A stretch of 64,000 nucleotides of DNA from Candidatus Margulisiibacteriota bacterium. GTDB taxonomy: Bacteria; Margulisbacteria; Termititenacia; Termititenacales; Termititenacaceae. The stretch spans positions 1,294 to 65,293 of the forward strand of contig JAISQA010000025.1 in the NCBI GenBank assembly GCA_031274525.1. The letters are read 5' to 3'. Positions 17,371-27,453 of this stretch are shown in pieces (the first letter of the stretch is position 1; every line of letters begins with the position of its first letter). The notes below the pieces were generated by a model. That model was not told the origin of the DNA. It ran no database searches and saw only the letters and a program-made list of their open reading frames with translations. Both the position numbers and the translations under genes were made by a program.

Positions 17371-18879
17371 CTAAAACGAAGCCGAGACTCCTGCCCACCA
17401 GGATTCTTCGGTAGCGTTATTCTCCAGACGTATAGTCCAGGGACGGGACGTGTATTCCAGAAAATAGATAATCCGGTTAATCCGTCCGTTGTAGATCAGA
17501 TAGCGCAGCGTCTGGCCCAAACGCATATGCCACAGCGAGACCATCGCGGTCGTCCGCACATTGTCACCGATCTCATAATGTTCATCATAAGAAAAAGGTG
17601 ACCGGCCGCGCTCGTCCACATAATCATACACTCTGGCGTCCCAGTTAAATATCCAGAGTCTTCTGCGCGCGTTCACAAAACTGAACACGCGGTGCCAATT
17701 ATAGGGATACAGCGAGTATTTTACCGTGTCATAGCCGATACCGGGCCGGATGGACATTAAATAAGGCAGCTCATAATCCCGCGAAAGCTCGGAATAAGAC
17801 TGCCAGCGCGAACCGCTGGTCTCCGTGGTCAGCTCGCGCACGGAAGTATAGGTGTTGGTGGTATAGAGATTTAGCTGCTGCCAGGGAATATGAAATATGG
17901 CATAATATTCCAGCTCGATATCTTTATTGATGATGTCCACGCCGGATTCCTCCTGAACTGTGCGCGTCAGGCGCAGGATACTGGCTTCGGCATTATTGAT
18001 CTCCGTGTTGTACTGCAAAAGCTCATTGAAAGTCATATCCTTATCTCCGGCATAGGGCACTTCCAAGAAAGAGTGTTCATAGGAGAGCTTCTCCTGCGTC
18101 GGCCAGTACTGCCAGTTCTCATTAATATAAGTCATCTGATCGTAATCCGAAAAACGCATTATGTTCTGCATGCCGTAACCAGCGCCTTTTTCTTCCGCGT
18201 AGCCAAGCTGCAGATTGCCGTAAAATTTTTCATCGACGTAGTAATGATTGTTCCAGCGGAAAAAATCTCCGGCAAAATAAGTGCGCCCCCACTGGGGAAA
18301 AGAACCGGGCAGGCTGAAAGCGTTGCGGCGTTTATCCACCACGTACACCGGTATATACCAGAGTTTGTGCGGGCCGCCGTTAAAGGTCGTGTCATAAAAA
18401 ACCGCCCAGCCCGGATAGATGTCCAGTCTTCTGGACTTCATGCCAAAGTCATACATCGGCACGCCGATAACCGGCTCGGTCAGCGCGATTTTCTCACCGC
18501 GGAAAAACAATCTTCGGGACTGCACGTACAGGTCTTCCGTGCTGATCGCAATATCCTGCGCGTACATATAGTTGCTGGCGGGATCGTATTCCAGCTCTTC
18601 GCCGGAAATTTCGTTGTTCAGATATCTGGAATGAAAACCGCGGGAAAGATAAACGCGGCTGCTGGCCGTCGAAAACCGCACCTGTCCGGCGCGGATAACC
18701 GTGTTATCGTAACGCAGCAGCACATTCTGGGTGCCGGGGCTGGCATAAAAAAACAGCTCCTCTCCGCTGCGTTCGGAACGCGGGGCGGTGATGGACAGCG
18801 TATACAGGCCGATCTTTTGGGTATACGGCGCGCTAAAACAAACGGCGGTTAAAGCCAGAATCAGCAGGCTTTTTTTCAT
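17371..18879 (-). CDS. Outer-membrane beta-barrel protein with signal peptide, possibly LptD/OstA-like
   Basis: Signal peptide MKKSLLILALTAVCFS. Aromatic-rich alternating pattern. C-terminal ...WWAGVSASF ends in Phe. Adjacent to lpxB. Confidence 0.4.
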   Translation of the reverse strand: MKKSLLILALTAVCFSAPYTQKIGLYTLSITAPRSERSGEELFFYASPGTQNVLLRYDNTVIRAGQVRFSTASSRVYLSRGFHSRYLNNEISGEELEYDPASNYMYAQDIAISTEDLYVQSRRLFFRGEKIALTEPVIGVPMYDFGMKSRRLDIYPGWAVFYDTTFNGGPHKLWYIPVYVVDKRRNAFSLPGSFPQWGRTYFAGDFFRWNNHYYVDEKFYGNLQLGYAEEKGAGYGMQNIMRFSDYDQMTYINENWQYWPTQEKLSYEHSFLEVPYAGDKDMTFNELLQYNTEINNAEASILRLTRTVQEESGVDIINKDIELEYYAIFHIPWQQLNLYTTNTYTSVRELTTETSGSRWQSYSELSRDYELPYLMSIRPGIGYDTVKYSLYPYNWHRVFSFVNARRRLWIFNWDARVYDYVDERGRSPFSYDEHYEIGDNVRTTAMVSLWHMRLGQTLRYLIYNGRINRIIYFLEYTSRPWTIRLENNATEESWWAGVSASF

Positions 18880-19385
18880 CTGCGCAGGAAACCTACTATC
18901 GCGCGGCCAAAATCTGCCGCGGCTGCATAATCTCTGGCGGTGAGCACATTGCCGCTGACGACCACCGGCTTATCCACGTAGCGCCCCTCATGCTGCCGCG
19001 TGTCCGCCAGCGCGTCCGGCGCGGGAAACACGGTGTATTCTTTGCCCCGCATAATGCCGGCCTGCGCGGGGATCACTCCGGAGATGCAGATCGCCGCGAC
19101 CAGTCTACCGGCGGCGTTAAATTCTCTGACCAGCCGCAGGACAACCGCGTCATACCAGTAAGTCGCCTGACCGCCGATGATCACCAGACCCTGATAGTCC
19201 GCGGAATTAATTTTGTCCAGCGTGATATCCACGCTGGCGGTGGTCAGGCCTTTTTTGCCGCGCAGGCTGCCGCCCACCGTCGAAGCCGTCACGACGGCCA
19301 GCCCGGCGTCCTCCAGAATTTTTTTGGGCACCGAGTATTCTTCATCGCGAAAACCATCCGGCACGAGCAAAAATAAAACCGCCAT
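18876..19385 (-). CDS. DJ-1/PfpI family protein (class I glutamine amidotransferase-like)
   Basis: ...GLVIIGGQATYWYD...AAICISGVIPAQAG... shows the nucleophile-elbow Cys context typical of DJ-1/PfpI. Confidence 0.7.
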   Translation of the reverse strand: MAVLFLLVPDGFRDEEYSVPKKILEDAGLAVVTASTVGGSLRGKKGLTTASVDITLDKINSADYQGLVIIGGQATYWYDAVVLRLVREFNAAGRLVAAICISGVIPAQAGIMRGKEYTVFPAPDALADTRQHEGRYVDKPVVVSGNVLTARDYAAAADFGRAIVGFLRR

Positions 19386-19387
19386 TT

Positions 19388-21640
19388 TTACAAACCCCGG
19401 TTGACGTCGATTTTCTGGCTGTCAATCTGCTTGCGGCCGGACTCCGGAATGATCGCCGACTGCACGTTATTGGTGGTCACCGCTTCTTCTGCGTCGGAGA
19501 GAAAAATAATGCTGCCGGTGTCCGGATAAAAAGTTTTCTCCCAGTCCGGACGCGTCTGGCCGGCCGGCACCAGCCCGCCGAATATCGAATGGACCTGACA
19601 GGCCTGTGTGTACACGCCGTTCTCCCACATTAATTCTTCCACCACGTCGGACTCCGGACACATCGGCGTCGCCAGCGCTTTGCCGACCGTGCAGATCCGC
19701 TGCTTCACCATGCCGCGCGGATACGGAAAATATTCTTTGGGCAGTTTGGGCAGAGCATAAGCCATAAACATCCGCCACATCTGCGCCGGCACCCAACCGC
19801 CGGTCACTTCCTGCATCGGAGAATTATCATCATTGCCCATCCAGACCACCGTCACAATATTGGGCGCAAAACCGATGAACCAGGCGTCACGGTAATCATT
19901 GGTCGTGCCGGTCTTGCCGGCCAGATCATAGCCGGGGACATTAGCGCCCTGTCCGGTGCCCCGCTGCATCACGCCTTTCAGCATATAGATCAGCGCGTGC
20001 ACATAGCGGGACTCAAAAACCCGCCGCGCCGCGATCTGGTGCTTGTACAGCACATTGCCGTTGCGATCCTCGATGCGCAGAATAGACACCGGATCGACAC
20101 GCACGCCGCCGTTGGCAATAGTGCAGAAAGCCGCGCCATGCTCCAGAATAGAAGTCTCGCTGGCGCCCAGCGTCAGTGACAGCACCGGCGGCAGATAGGA
20201 CTGCAGCCCCAGTTTGCGGCAGGTCACGATAATATTGCTCGGATCCAGTATATCGCTGACCCGCACCGCCACGATATTGAGCGATAACTCCAGCGCGCGC
20301 TTGAGGGTCACCGGCCCTTTGAAATCATTGGTGTAATTGCGCGGCGCATAGGGCCCCTGCGTGGTATTGAAAGTGACCGGCAGATCATCGACGACCGTGC
20401 CCGGCGACAGGCCCATGCTCAGGGCGGTCAAATAAGTGTACGGCTTGAATGACGAACCGGTCTGGCGCTTGGCCTGCACGATATGATCAAACTCCCGCTC
20501 CAGAAAATCGCGGCCGCCCACCCAGGCTTTGATGTAGCCGGTTTTGGGATCAACGCTGAAAAGAGCAGCCTGCGTGGCGTTGAGCGAGGCCACTTCTTTA
20601 CCTTTGATCCAGTGCGGCCGGCTGGCTTCCATCATATAATATTCTACCGAGTCCTCGGCCTGCCGCTGCAAATCCGGCTCCAGCGTGGTGTACACCTTGA
20701 GGCCGTCATTATAGACCGCTTCCGCGCCGTACATGGCGATCAGCTGCTTGACCACATAACTGGTAAAATAGGGATGCTTGTAGCGCAGCGTGCGGCGCGA
20801 GGCCAAGAAGATCGGCGTCTCCTTGCTCTGATAGTATTCCGCTTCGTCGATCAAACCCAGCGTCAGGAGCCGGCGCAGGACAATATCTTTGCGCCAGCGC
20901 GCCCGCTGCGGGCGTGTAAACGGCGAGTACAATTCCGGGCCGCGCAGCAGACCGATCAGGGTCGCGGCCTCCGGCAGGGTTAAGTCCGCGGCGGATTTGC
21001 CAAAATACAAATTGGCCGCGGATTCGATGCCGTAGGCATTGTGCCCCCAGTAAACCTGATTCAGATAAAACTCCAGGATCTCTTCCTTGGTATATTTGCG
21101 CTCCAGCTGCAGCGCCAGAATTATTTCGGCGACCTTACGGATCATTTTCTTGCGCTTGTTCAGGAAAATGCTTCTGGCCAGCTGCATGGTGATCGTGCTG
21201 CCGCCCTGCATTTTTTCGCCGCGCAGGACATTGACAAACACAGAGCGGAAAATCCCCTTAAAATCCAGACCGTTGTGCTGATAAAAATTGGCGTCTTCGG
21301 AAGCGATCACCGCCGCTTTCACAAAATCCGAGATCCGGGAAATCGGCACGATGACCCGGTTTTCCTCCTGATGCAGCTCGGCCAGGATCGAGCCGTCCGC
21401 CGCGTACACTTTGGTGGTCTCATTGGGCACATAGGTGGAGATGAGATCGACATCCGGCAGCTGCGTGGAGATCTGCACCACCACAATGAGCAGCAGCAGC
21501 GCGCCCAGCGCCGCCGCCAGACACAGGTAACGAATAATTCTTTGCAGCCAAAAATTAAATTTTTGTCTTTTGAGATGTTTTCCGTAAGAACTCAAATGTG
21601 CCGATTTAATCTCGCCGATCGGCCTTTTAAAGATACCCAC
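19388..21640 (-). CDS. mrcA: Penicillin-binding protein 1A (bifunctional glycosyltransferase/transpeptidase)
   Basis: N-terminal TM anchor. GT51 motifs EDANFYQHNGLD, GGSTITMQLAR and RKVAEIILALQLE. Transpeptidase domain with ...TGSSFKP... SxxK-like motif. Confidence 0.85.
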   Translation of the reverse strand: MGIFKRPIGEIKSAHLSSYGKHLKRQKFNFWLQRIIRYLCLAAALGALLLLIVVVQISTQLPDVDLISTYVPNETTKVYAADGSILAELHQEENRVIVPISRISDFVKAAVIASEDANFYQHNGLDFKGIFRSVFVNVLRGEKMQGGSTITMQLARSIFLNKRKKMIRKVAEIILALQLERKYTKEEILEFYLNQVYWGHNAYGIESAANLYFGKSAADLTLPEAATLIGLLRGPELYSPFTRPQRARWRKDIVLRRLLTLGLIDEAEYYQSKETPIFLASRRTLRYKHPYFTSYVVKQLIAMYGAEAVYNDGLKVYTTLEPDLQRQAEDSVEYYMMEASRPHWIKGKEVASLNATQAALFSVDPKTGYIKAWVGGRDFLEREFDHIVQAKRQTGSSFKPYTYLTALSMGLSPGTVVDDLPVTFNTTQGPYAPRNYTNDFKGPVTLKRALELSLNIVAVRVSDILDPSNIIVTCRKLGLQSYLPPVLSLTLGASETSILEHGAAFCTIANGGVRVDPVSILRIEDRNGNVLYKHQIAARRVFESRYVHALIYMLKGVMQRGTGQGANVPGYDLAGKTGTTNDYRDAWFIGFAPNIVTVVWMGNDDNSPMQEVTGGWVPAQMWRMFMAYALPKLPKEYFPYPRGMVKQRICTVGKALATPMCPESDVVEELMWENGVYTQACQVHSIFGGLVPAGQTRPDWEKTFYPDTGSIIFLSDAEEAVTTNNVQSAIIPESGRKQIDSQKIDVNRGL

Positions 21641-21714
21641 GCGCTTCCCCTTGAGGCAAAAATTTTGAGGTGCTATTATAACATAACTATATTTTTATAA
21701 GGCGGGCGGGGTAT

Positions 21715-22875
21715 TTGGACGCATTTGCGCTAATCCAGCAGGGCGCTCTGGAAATAATTTCCGGGGATGACCTCAAAAAAAAGCTTAATTCCGGCAAAAA
21801 ACTTAAAATAAAGCTGGGCACCGATCCTTCGGCGCCCGATTTGCATCTGGGGCATACGGTAGTCCTGCGCAAACTGCGCGAATTTCAGGAGCTGGGGCAT
21901 GAAGTTATTTTTCTGATCGGCGATTTTACCGCGGCCATCGGCGATCCGACCGGCAAATCCGAGACGCGCCCGCCGCTCAGCCGCGCCCAGATCGAGCAGA
22001 ATGCCGCCACGTATCAGGAGCAGGTTTTTAAGATTCTGGACCGGCACCAAACCCGCGTGGTTTATAATTCCAGCTGGATCAGCCAGCTCACCCCGGCGGA
22101 CATTCTCCGCCTGATGTCGCAGATGACCGTTGCCCAGATGCTGGAACGCGAGGATTTCCGCAAACGTTACGCGGAAAAACGCTCTATTGCCCTGCACGAA
22201 TTTCTGTATCCGCTTTTGCAGGGCTATGACTCCGTCGCGCTGCAGGCGGATGTGGAGCTGGGCGGCACCGATCAGAAATTTAATCTGCTGGTCGGACGCG
22301 ACCTGCAGGCGGCCGCCGGACAGGAGCCGCAAAATATTGTCATTATGCCGATCCTGGAAGGACTGGACGGCGTGCACAAAATGTCCAAATCGCTGGGCAA
22401 TCACGTCGGGATCACCGAACCCCCTAATGAAATGTTCGGCAAGCTGATGTCCCTGCCGGACGCGCTGATGCCGCGCTACTACCAGCTGCTCACCAGCCTG
22501 ACTTTCGATAAAAACGAGCATCCGCGCGCGGCCAAAGAAAAGCTGGCCAGATATATCATCACGCAGTATCACAGCGCGGCTGCCGCGGACGCCGCCGCGG
22601 AAAATTTCAAAAATGTTTTTGCCAATAGCGGTGTGCCGGATGATATAACCACGCTTCCGGCCAAAGATTTTTTGGATCTGCCGCTGGCCAAAATACTGGC
22701 CGCGTCCGGTCTCTCCGCGACCAACAGCGAGGCCAAGCGGGATATACAGGCCGGTGCGGTCAAAGTAAACGGCCAAAAAATCACCGACGGTGGCTTGGTC
22801 CTTGTCACGCAGGACACACTGAATGTGGAGTTTATCCTGCAGGTAGGGAAACGAAAATTTGTTAAACTCTATTAG
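21715..22875 (+). CDS. tyrS: Tyrosine--tRNA ligase
   Basis: HIGH-class motif [14 protein letters not shown] motif as [10 protein letters not shown]-terminal S4-like domain. Confidence 0.85.
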   Translation: MDAFALIQQGALEIISGDDLKKKLNSGKKLKIKLGTDPSAPDLHLGHTVVLRKLREFQELGHEVIFLIGDFTAAIGDPTGKSETRPPLSRAQIEQNAATYQEQVFKILDRHQTRVVYNSSWISQLTPADILRLMSQMTVAQMLEREDFRKRYAEKRSIALHEFLYPLLQGYDSVALQADVELGGTDQKFNLLVGRDLQAAAGQEPQNIVIMPILEGLDGVHKMSKSLGNHVGITEPPNEMFGKLMSLPDALMPRYYQLLTSLTFDKNEHPRAAKEKLARYIITQYHSAAAADAAAENFKNVFANSGVPDDITTLPAKDFLDLPLAKILAASGLSATNSEAKRDIQAGAVKVNGQKITDGGLVLVTQDTLNVEFILQVGKRKFVKLY

Positions 22876-23233
22876 TCCGGACAAAAAATACAAGCTGACT
22901 CTCCTCGGATTTATTACCGGCTGTTGTTCCGGTCTGCTGGGCGTCGGCGGCGCCACTATAATGCTGCCGCTGCTCACCCGCTGGCTGAAATACGATCAAA
23001 AAACCGCGCAGGGCACAGCGCTGGGCGTTATTATTCCCACGGCGGCGCTGGGCGCTCTGTTTTATGCCCGTTTTACAGCTATACCTGTCGCTATTGCTCT
23101 ACCGCTGACCACCGGCGCGATGCTCGGAGTTCTGCTGGGTTCAGCTATAGTCTGGAAAATACCAAACAAAATTCTGACGAAACTTTTCGGTGGATTGCTG
23201 CTGGTCGCCGCGGCCGTGCTGGCGCTGGATTGA
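22859..23233 (+). CDS. TauE/SafE (DUF81) family membrane protein, N-terminal half-size unit (4 TM)
   Basis: [23 protein letters not shown] is a typical DUF81 repeat motif. Non-ATG (TTG) start. Confidence 0.5.
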   Translation: MLNSISPDKKYKLTLLGFITGCCSGLLGVGGATIMLPLLTRWLKYDQKTAQGTALGVIIPTAALGALFYARFTAIPVAIALPLTTGAMLGVLLGSAIVWKIPNKILTKLFGGLLLVAAAVLALD

Positions 23234-23235
23234 GT

Positions 23236-23583
23236 ATGCTGTTTATTCTGCTGGGGATACTGGGCGGTATTTTAAGCGGGCTTTTCGGCGTGGGCGGAGC
23301 CTCGGTCTATATCCCGGCGCTGGTTATCGCCGGGCATATTCCGCAAAATCAGGCTCAAGGGCTGGCGCTGCTGGTAATGATTCCGGTCACGCTGCTGGCT
23401 TTTATGCATTACCGGCAAAAAGGTTTTGTCGCCCGCCCGGCTCTCGCTTTTTTGATACTCGGCAGTCTGGCCGGGACATTTGCCGGATCCTATCTGGCCA
23501 ATACTATCAACCCGCAGGCTCTGAAATGGCTGTTTGCCGTTTTTCTGGCTTACAATGGCTTAACGATGCTTATCAGACCTTAG
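23236..23583 (+). CDS. TauE/SafE (DUF81) family membrane protein, C-terminal half-size unit (4 TM)
   Basis: ATG is 3 nt after the upstream stop. LGILGGILSGLFGVGGASVYIPALV is the second DUF81 repeat. The track ORF 22924..23583 carries a spurious N-terminal extension. Confidence 0.55.
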   Translation: MLFILLGILGGILSGLFGVGGASVYIPALVIAGHIPQNQAQGLALLVMIPVTLLAFMHYRQKGFVARPALAFLILGSLAGTFAGSYLANTINPQALKWLFAVFLAYNGLTMLIRP

Positions 23584-23631
23584 GGCCAATATTCCGGCCC
23601 GGAGATAAAATATCTGGTCTGAGCAGCCCCA

Positions 23632-24186
23632 TTACTTAAACAAATTCTGTAAATCCTGCATATTGAGTTCATTCAGATTTTGCCGGGCCTGCTCCTGCAG
23701 CTGTCTGGTCAGCTCCTGCTCCACCGCGCGCATATCCGGCAGCGGGACTTCCGCTTCCTGAGCGAACTTGAGCGGCAGTTCGATAAACCCCAGCACGGCG
23801 GCGCGGTATTCGCCGCTGACCCGGACTTTGAGCGTTTTCTGGCCACGGGCTATGGCGTTGACCAATTCGCTGGCCGAACCAAAAATTTGGGCAAAAGCCA
23901 GATCCTGCTGCAAAGCAAAAACCGTAGCGCCATTGGCCGGCGCGTTTATGGCTGCGGACTGGCCGGTCAAAAATTCCTGATCCGCCACATAAAACGTATA
24001 ATCTATCCTGCCGTTTAAGGGCAGCAGGTTGGGATTGTGCAGGTCGAAATTAAATTTGGCGTTCACCGAATCCAGACCATTGAGCCTGAACTCATTATCC
24101 CGGTAAGTGATCTGCGGCGCCTGCATAAGACAGCCGGTCAGCAGCAGGCAAAAGCCGCCAAGCAACAGGATTTTTCGATAATTCAT
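23632..24186 (-). CDS. Lipoprotein, hypothetical
   Basis: Lipobox LLTGC at residues 16-19 of a signal peptide. Confidence 0.5.
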   Translation of the reverse strand: MNYRKILLLGGFCLLLTGCLMQAPQITYRDNEFRLNGLDSVNAKFNFDLHNPNLLPLNGRIDYTFYVADQEFLTGQSAAINAPANGATVFALQQDLAFAQIFGSASELVNAIARGQKTLKVRVSGEYRAAVLGFIELPLKFAQEAEVPLPDMRAVEQELTRQLQEQARQNLNELNMQDLQNLFK

Positions 24187-24244
24187 GGGGTGGAATTATA
24201 ACATATTCGCGCTATAATGACTGAAAATTACCGGGGGGATTTCT

Positions 24245-25066
24245 ATGCAAAAATTTTTCGTTCTGACTTTATTACTGGCCGGCGCGCTGACCGCCGCCGA
24301 ACCTAAAGGCGTGGTCGCGACTATCGCCACCGACAATTATATCACCACGGCGGACATGCAGGCCCGCATTGAGACTTTCCCGTCGCAGTACCGCGAGTTT
24401 TATTCCTCGCCGGACGGCAAAAAGAAAATTCTGGACATGCTGATTGAGGAAAAGCTGCTGGCGGCCGCGGCCCGGACCGGCGGTTATGCCACCAACCCGG
24501 AAGTGCTGCGCACGCTGGAAAGCATTAAAGCAGAAGTGATGACCAATCAGTATGTCAAAGACGAGATCAGCAAATTGACCGTGTCCGACAGCGAGATAAG
24601 CGCTCATTATAATGCCAGCAAAGAAAAATATACCCTGCCGGAGGCGGTGCGCGCCAGTCATATCCTCGTGGATACCGAAGCCGAAGCGCAGGCGCTGCTT
24701 CAGGAGCTTAAAGGCGGTAAAGATTTTGCGGCTGCCGCCAGAGAAAAATCGATCGACACCGGCAGCGCCCAGCGCGGCGGCGATCTGGATTTTTTTACCA
24801 GAGGCCAGATGGTCGAGCCCTTTGAAAAAGTCGCTTTTGCGCTGCAAAGCGGCGAGCTGAGCAAAGCTCCGGTGCAAACCCAGTTTGGCTGGCATATTAT
24901 CAAGGTCACGGAACGCCGGGCGGCCAAACAGCAGACTCTCGCGGAAGTAAAAGCGGATATCCGCAGTGAACTGCTCCTGCAAAAACAGCGCAACAAAGTA
25001 AATTCGCTGCTGGAAGCCGCAAAACAGAAATATCCGGTCAAGACCAATCCGGACAATCTGCAATAG
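24245..25066 (+). CDS. Peptidyl-prolyl cis-trans isomerase, parvulin (PpiC/PrsA/SurA-like), secreted
   Basis: Signal peptide. Parvulin domain ...VRASHILVDTEAEAQALLQELKGGKDFAAAAREKSIDTGSAQRGGDLDFFTRGQMVEPFEKVAFAL... Confidence 0.8.
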   Translation: MQKFFVLTLLLAGALTAAEPKGVVATIATDNYITTADMQARIETFPSQYREFYSSPDGKKKILDMLIEEKLLAAAARTGGYATNPEVLRTLESIKAEVMTNQYVKDEISKLTVSDSEISAHYNASKEKYTLPEAVRASHILVDTEAEAQALLQELKGGKDFAAAAREKSIDTGSAQRGGDLDFFTRGQMVEPFEKVAFALQSGELSKAPVQTQFGWHIIKVTERRAAKQQTLAEVKADIRSELLLQKQRNKVNSLLEAAKQKYPVKTNPDNLQ

Positions 25067-25076
25067 GCGGCAGGCC

Positions 25077-25910
25077 TTGCGGATCCGGAGCGCCGCCAAG
25101 ATCAATCCAGTCTTAAATGTCCTCGGCCAGCGGGCGGACGGCTATCATGAGCTGCAGACAATTATGCAGTCCGTCTCGCTTTACGATCAGCTGGAGTTCG
25201 CGCGGGCGGACGCTCTGGAGGTAAACGCGCCGGCCGGCCTGACAGAACGTCCGGAGCAAAATCTGGTCTATCGCGCGGCACGGGCTTTCTTAGCCAAATA
25301 CGCGCCGCGGCAGGGTGTCCGCATAACGCTGACCAAAAATATACCCCTGGCCGCGGGACTGGCCGGAGGCTCCACGGACTGCGCCGGCACGCTGATCGGA
25401 CTGAATAAATTTTTTGCACTGAACCGGCCGGTCTCCGAATTGGCCGCAATCGCCGCGGCGCTCGGCTCGGATATAGTTTATTGTCTGTACGGCGGCGCCT
25501 ATCTGGCCAGAGGCCGCGGGGAGATCTTACAAAAAATACCGGAACCGCCCCGGAGGCCCGGTCTCATTCTCAAGCCGCCTTTCGGCCTCTCGACCGCGGA
25601 AGTATACCGGCGCTGCGCGCCCCGGCCAGCCGTCGATCTCAGCCTTTACCAGCACGGCAATTCGACCGCTCTAGCTCTGCAAAATGACCTTATTGCCCCG
25701 GCGCTCAGTCTGCGGCCGGAATTACAGAATTATTTCCATATAATAGAAGCGACCCGGCCGGCGGCGTATCAAATGTCCGGTTCCGGGCCGGCAATTTTTG
25801 CTTTTTATGAAGATACTGCGGCCCGGGACGCAGCTTTTTTCGCCCTGAATACGCAAAATGAAGTGTACAAAATAGAGACTGTCCCCCGCGCGCAGCTTTT
25901 TTCTGAATAA
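25077..25910 (+). CDS. ispE: 4-diphosphocytidyl-2-C-methyl-D-erythritol kinase
   Basis: AKINPVLNVLGQRADGYHEL matches the IspE N-terminal signature. GHMP kinase motif PLAAGLAGGSTDCAG. Confidence 0.85.
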   Translation: MRIRSAAKINPVLNVLGQRADGYHELQTIMQSVSLYDQLEFARADALEVNAPAGLTERPEQNLVYRAARAFLAKYAPRQGVRITLTKNIPLAAGLAGGSTDCAGTLIGLNKFFALNRPVSELAAIAAALGSDIVYCLYGGAYLARGRGEILQKIPEPPRRPGLILKPPFGLSTAEVYRRCAPRPAVDLSLYQHGNSTALALQNDLIAPALSLRPELQNYFHIIEATRPAAYQMSGSGPAIFAFYEDTAARDAAFFALNTQNEVYKIETVPRAQLFSE

Positions 25911-25976
25911 TCGGCCTGAATTAAACCGGCCGTTTACACGGTTAATTTTACAGTCTCTTAATTGCCAGTAACTAAT

Positions 25977-26198
25977 TTATCCACTACTTATCCACAAAAT
26001 TTCTAGCAGGCTATAAAGGCAAATAGGCCTGTTTTAAGTATTTGCAGCCGCTTTTTAGGAAAACCCGGAAAAACACACTATATATATGGTTTGTATTGTC
26101 AACTAATCTGGATATATAGCGTATGAAAATTTTCGGTATTTTAGAATATTTTTTTATTTACAAATCTTATCTACTATATTTTCAACAAGTTATCCACA
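25977..26198 (+). promoter_or_regulatory. Cluster of consensus DnaA boxes plus AT-rich tract (oriC-like or DnaA-regulated region)
   Basis: TTATCCACT at 25977, TTATCCACA at 25988 and TTATCCACA at 26190, all in the same orientation. Weaker TTATCTACT at 26167. An AT-rich run (tatatatatggtttgtattgtcaactaatctggatatatagcgtatgaaaattttcggtattttagaatatttttttattta) lies between them. Confidence 0.45.
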
Positions 26199-26200
26199 TA

Positions 26201-27259
26201 TCAGTAGAACACTTCTTTTGCCGTAGATAAGCCTTTTTTTAGAATATCCTGACGGCTTTGTTCAAAAGAATAATAGACCTGATCCGTAAAAGAACGGTAT
26301 TCAAAAAGACCGGAACGGCCGCGAAACCCGCGCGGGTCGTCCGGGCAGAGCCGGCGGTATAAGCGCTGGGACAGAACCGCCAGCAGCACCGCCCGCAAAA
26401 GATACTCGGCCACGCCTAAATCCAGCAGGCGCGTAAAAGTCTCCTGTGTGTCGCGGGTATGCAGCGTGGCCAGCACCAGATGTCCGGTCAGCGCCGCGCG
26501 CACCGCGATCTGCGCCGTGGTTTCATCGCGTATTTCGCCGATGAAAATAATATCCGGATCCTGACGCAGCACCGCCCGCAGGACTTCCGCGAAGCCGACC
26601 TCGCGGGCCTGATTGATCTGCACCTGATTAACGCTGTCCAGCTGATACTCGATAGGATCCTCGATAGTCACAATATTTTTCTGCGCGCGGTCCAGCAGCT
26701 TCAACAAAGCATACAGCGTGGTCGTTTTGCCCGAACCGGTGGGCCCGGTCACCAGCAGCAGGCCGGCCGGCCGCGCCAGATTGGCGGTCAGCGAGACCCG
26801 CGCCGGTTCCGGCAGACCCAGATCGTCCACCGTCAGGCTCAGCCCGCCGCTCAAAATCCGGAGCACGATCTTCTCGCCCCAAAAGACCGGCATTACCGAC
26901 AGCCGGATATCCCGCTCCTTATAGGTAAACCGCCCGTCCTGCAGACCGTATTTATTGGTGTCCAGTCCGGCCATAATCTTGAGCCGGGTAAAAAATTGTT
27001 CCCGCTCGGCGCGCGGATATTTGCGCCAGAGCGCCAGCAGGCCGTCCTCACGGTAACGCACCTGAAAAAAGTCCTTAAAACTCTCAATATGTACGTCCGA
27101 AATAGCCGCCGAGAGGCAGTTATCCAGCATATCGTTAATTTCTTTGACCGGGTTCATAATAACCAAAAAGAGCAAAAAAAATGCCAGGTGAGCGGCCGGG
27201 CTTACTTTCAAACCGCGGCTTATTATTTTCCCGAAAATTGTGTATAATTGTCTGTACAA
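26201..27259 (-). CDS. GspE/PilB-family secretion ATPase, short (ComGA-like) form
   Basis: Walker A GPTGSGKTT. Asp box and Walker B DPDIIFIGEIRD. His box LATLHT. The N1/N2 domains of long GspE are absent. The functional start may be MNPVKE at 27157. Confidence 0.7.
   Translation of the reverse strand: MYRQLYTIFGKIISRGLKVSPAAHLAFFLLFLVIMNPVKEINDMLDNCLSAAISDVHIESFKDFFQVRYREDGLLALWRKYPRAEREQFFTRLKIMAGLDTNKYGLQDGRFTYKERDIRLSVMPVFWGEKIVLRILSGGLSLTVDDLGLPEPARVSLTANLARPAGLLLVTGPTGSGKTTTLYALLKLLDRAQKNIVTIEDPIEYQLDSVNQVQINQAREVGFAEVLRAVLRQDPDIIFIGEIRDETTAQIAVRAALTGHLVLATLHTRDTQETFTRLLDLGVAEYLLRAVLLAVLSQRLYRRLCPDDPRGFRGRSGLFEYRSFTDQVYYSFEQSRQDILKKGLSTAKEVFY
27240..27249 (+). promoter_or_regulatory. 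Extended -10 promoter element (TGTGTATAAT) upstream of the small ORF and GH116 gene
   Basis: TGnTATAAT match about 20 nt before ATG 27271. Confidence 0.35.
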
Positions 27260-27270
27260 CGAGGTGCAAA

Positions 27271-27445
27271 TATGTTGATTTTATTGATCGGTATCTGTAT
27301 GTCGCTGGGGTTATGGAGCGCCGTGTACCTCGGATTCAAAGAAAAGTACAATGCCAACGAAGGCACGCTGGCCCTGCTGGTCCTGGAAATACTTTTCTTG
27401 AGTCTCGGGCTGGTCATTTACGGTCTGATCACCATTCTTCATTAA
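27271..27445 (+). CDS. Small membrane protein (58 aa, 2 TM), hypothetical
   Basis: ATG 27271. Hydrophobic MLILLIGICMSLGLWSAVYLGF ... LALLVLEILFLSLGLVIYGLI. Immediately upstream of the GH116 gene. Confidence 0.4.
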
Positions 27446-27453
27446 AAAAATAA

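Noticed and set aside
21641-21714. T-box riboswitch upstream of tyrS
   Set aside because: The leader is only ~75 nt, far too short for a T-box.
22924-23235. N-terminal 104 aa of track ORF 22924..23583
   Set aside because: Out-of-frame overlap with TauE half 1. The real gene starts at ATG 23236 just after the upstream stop.
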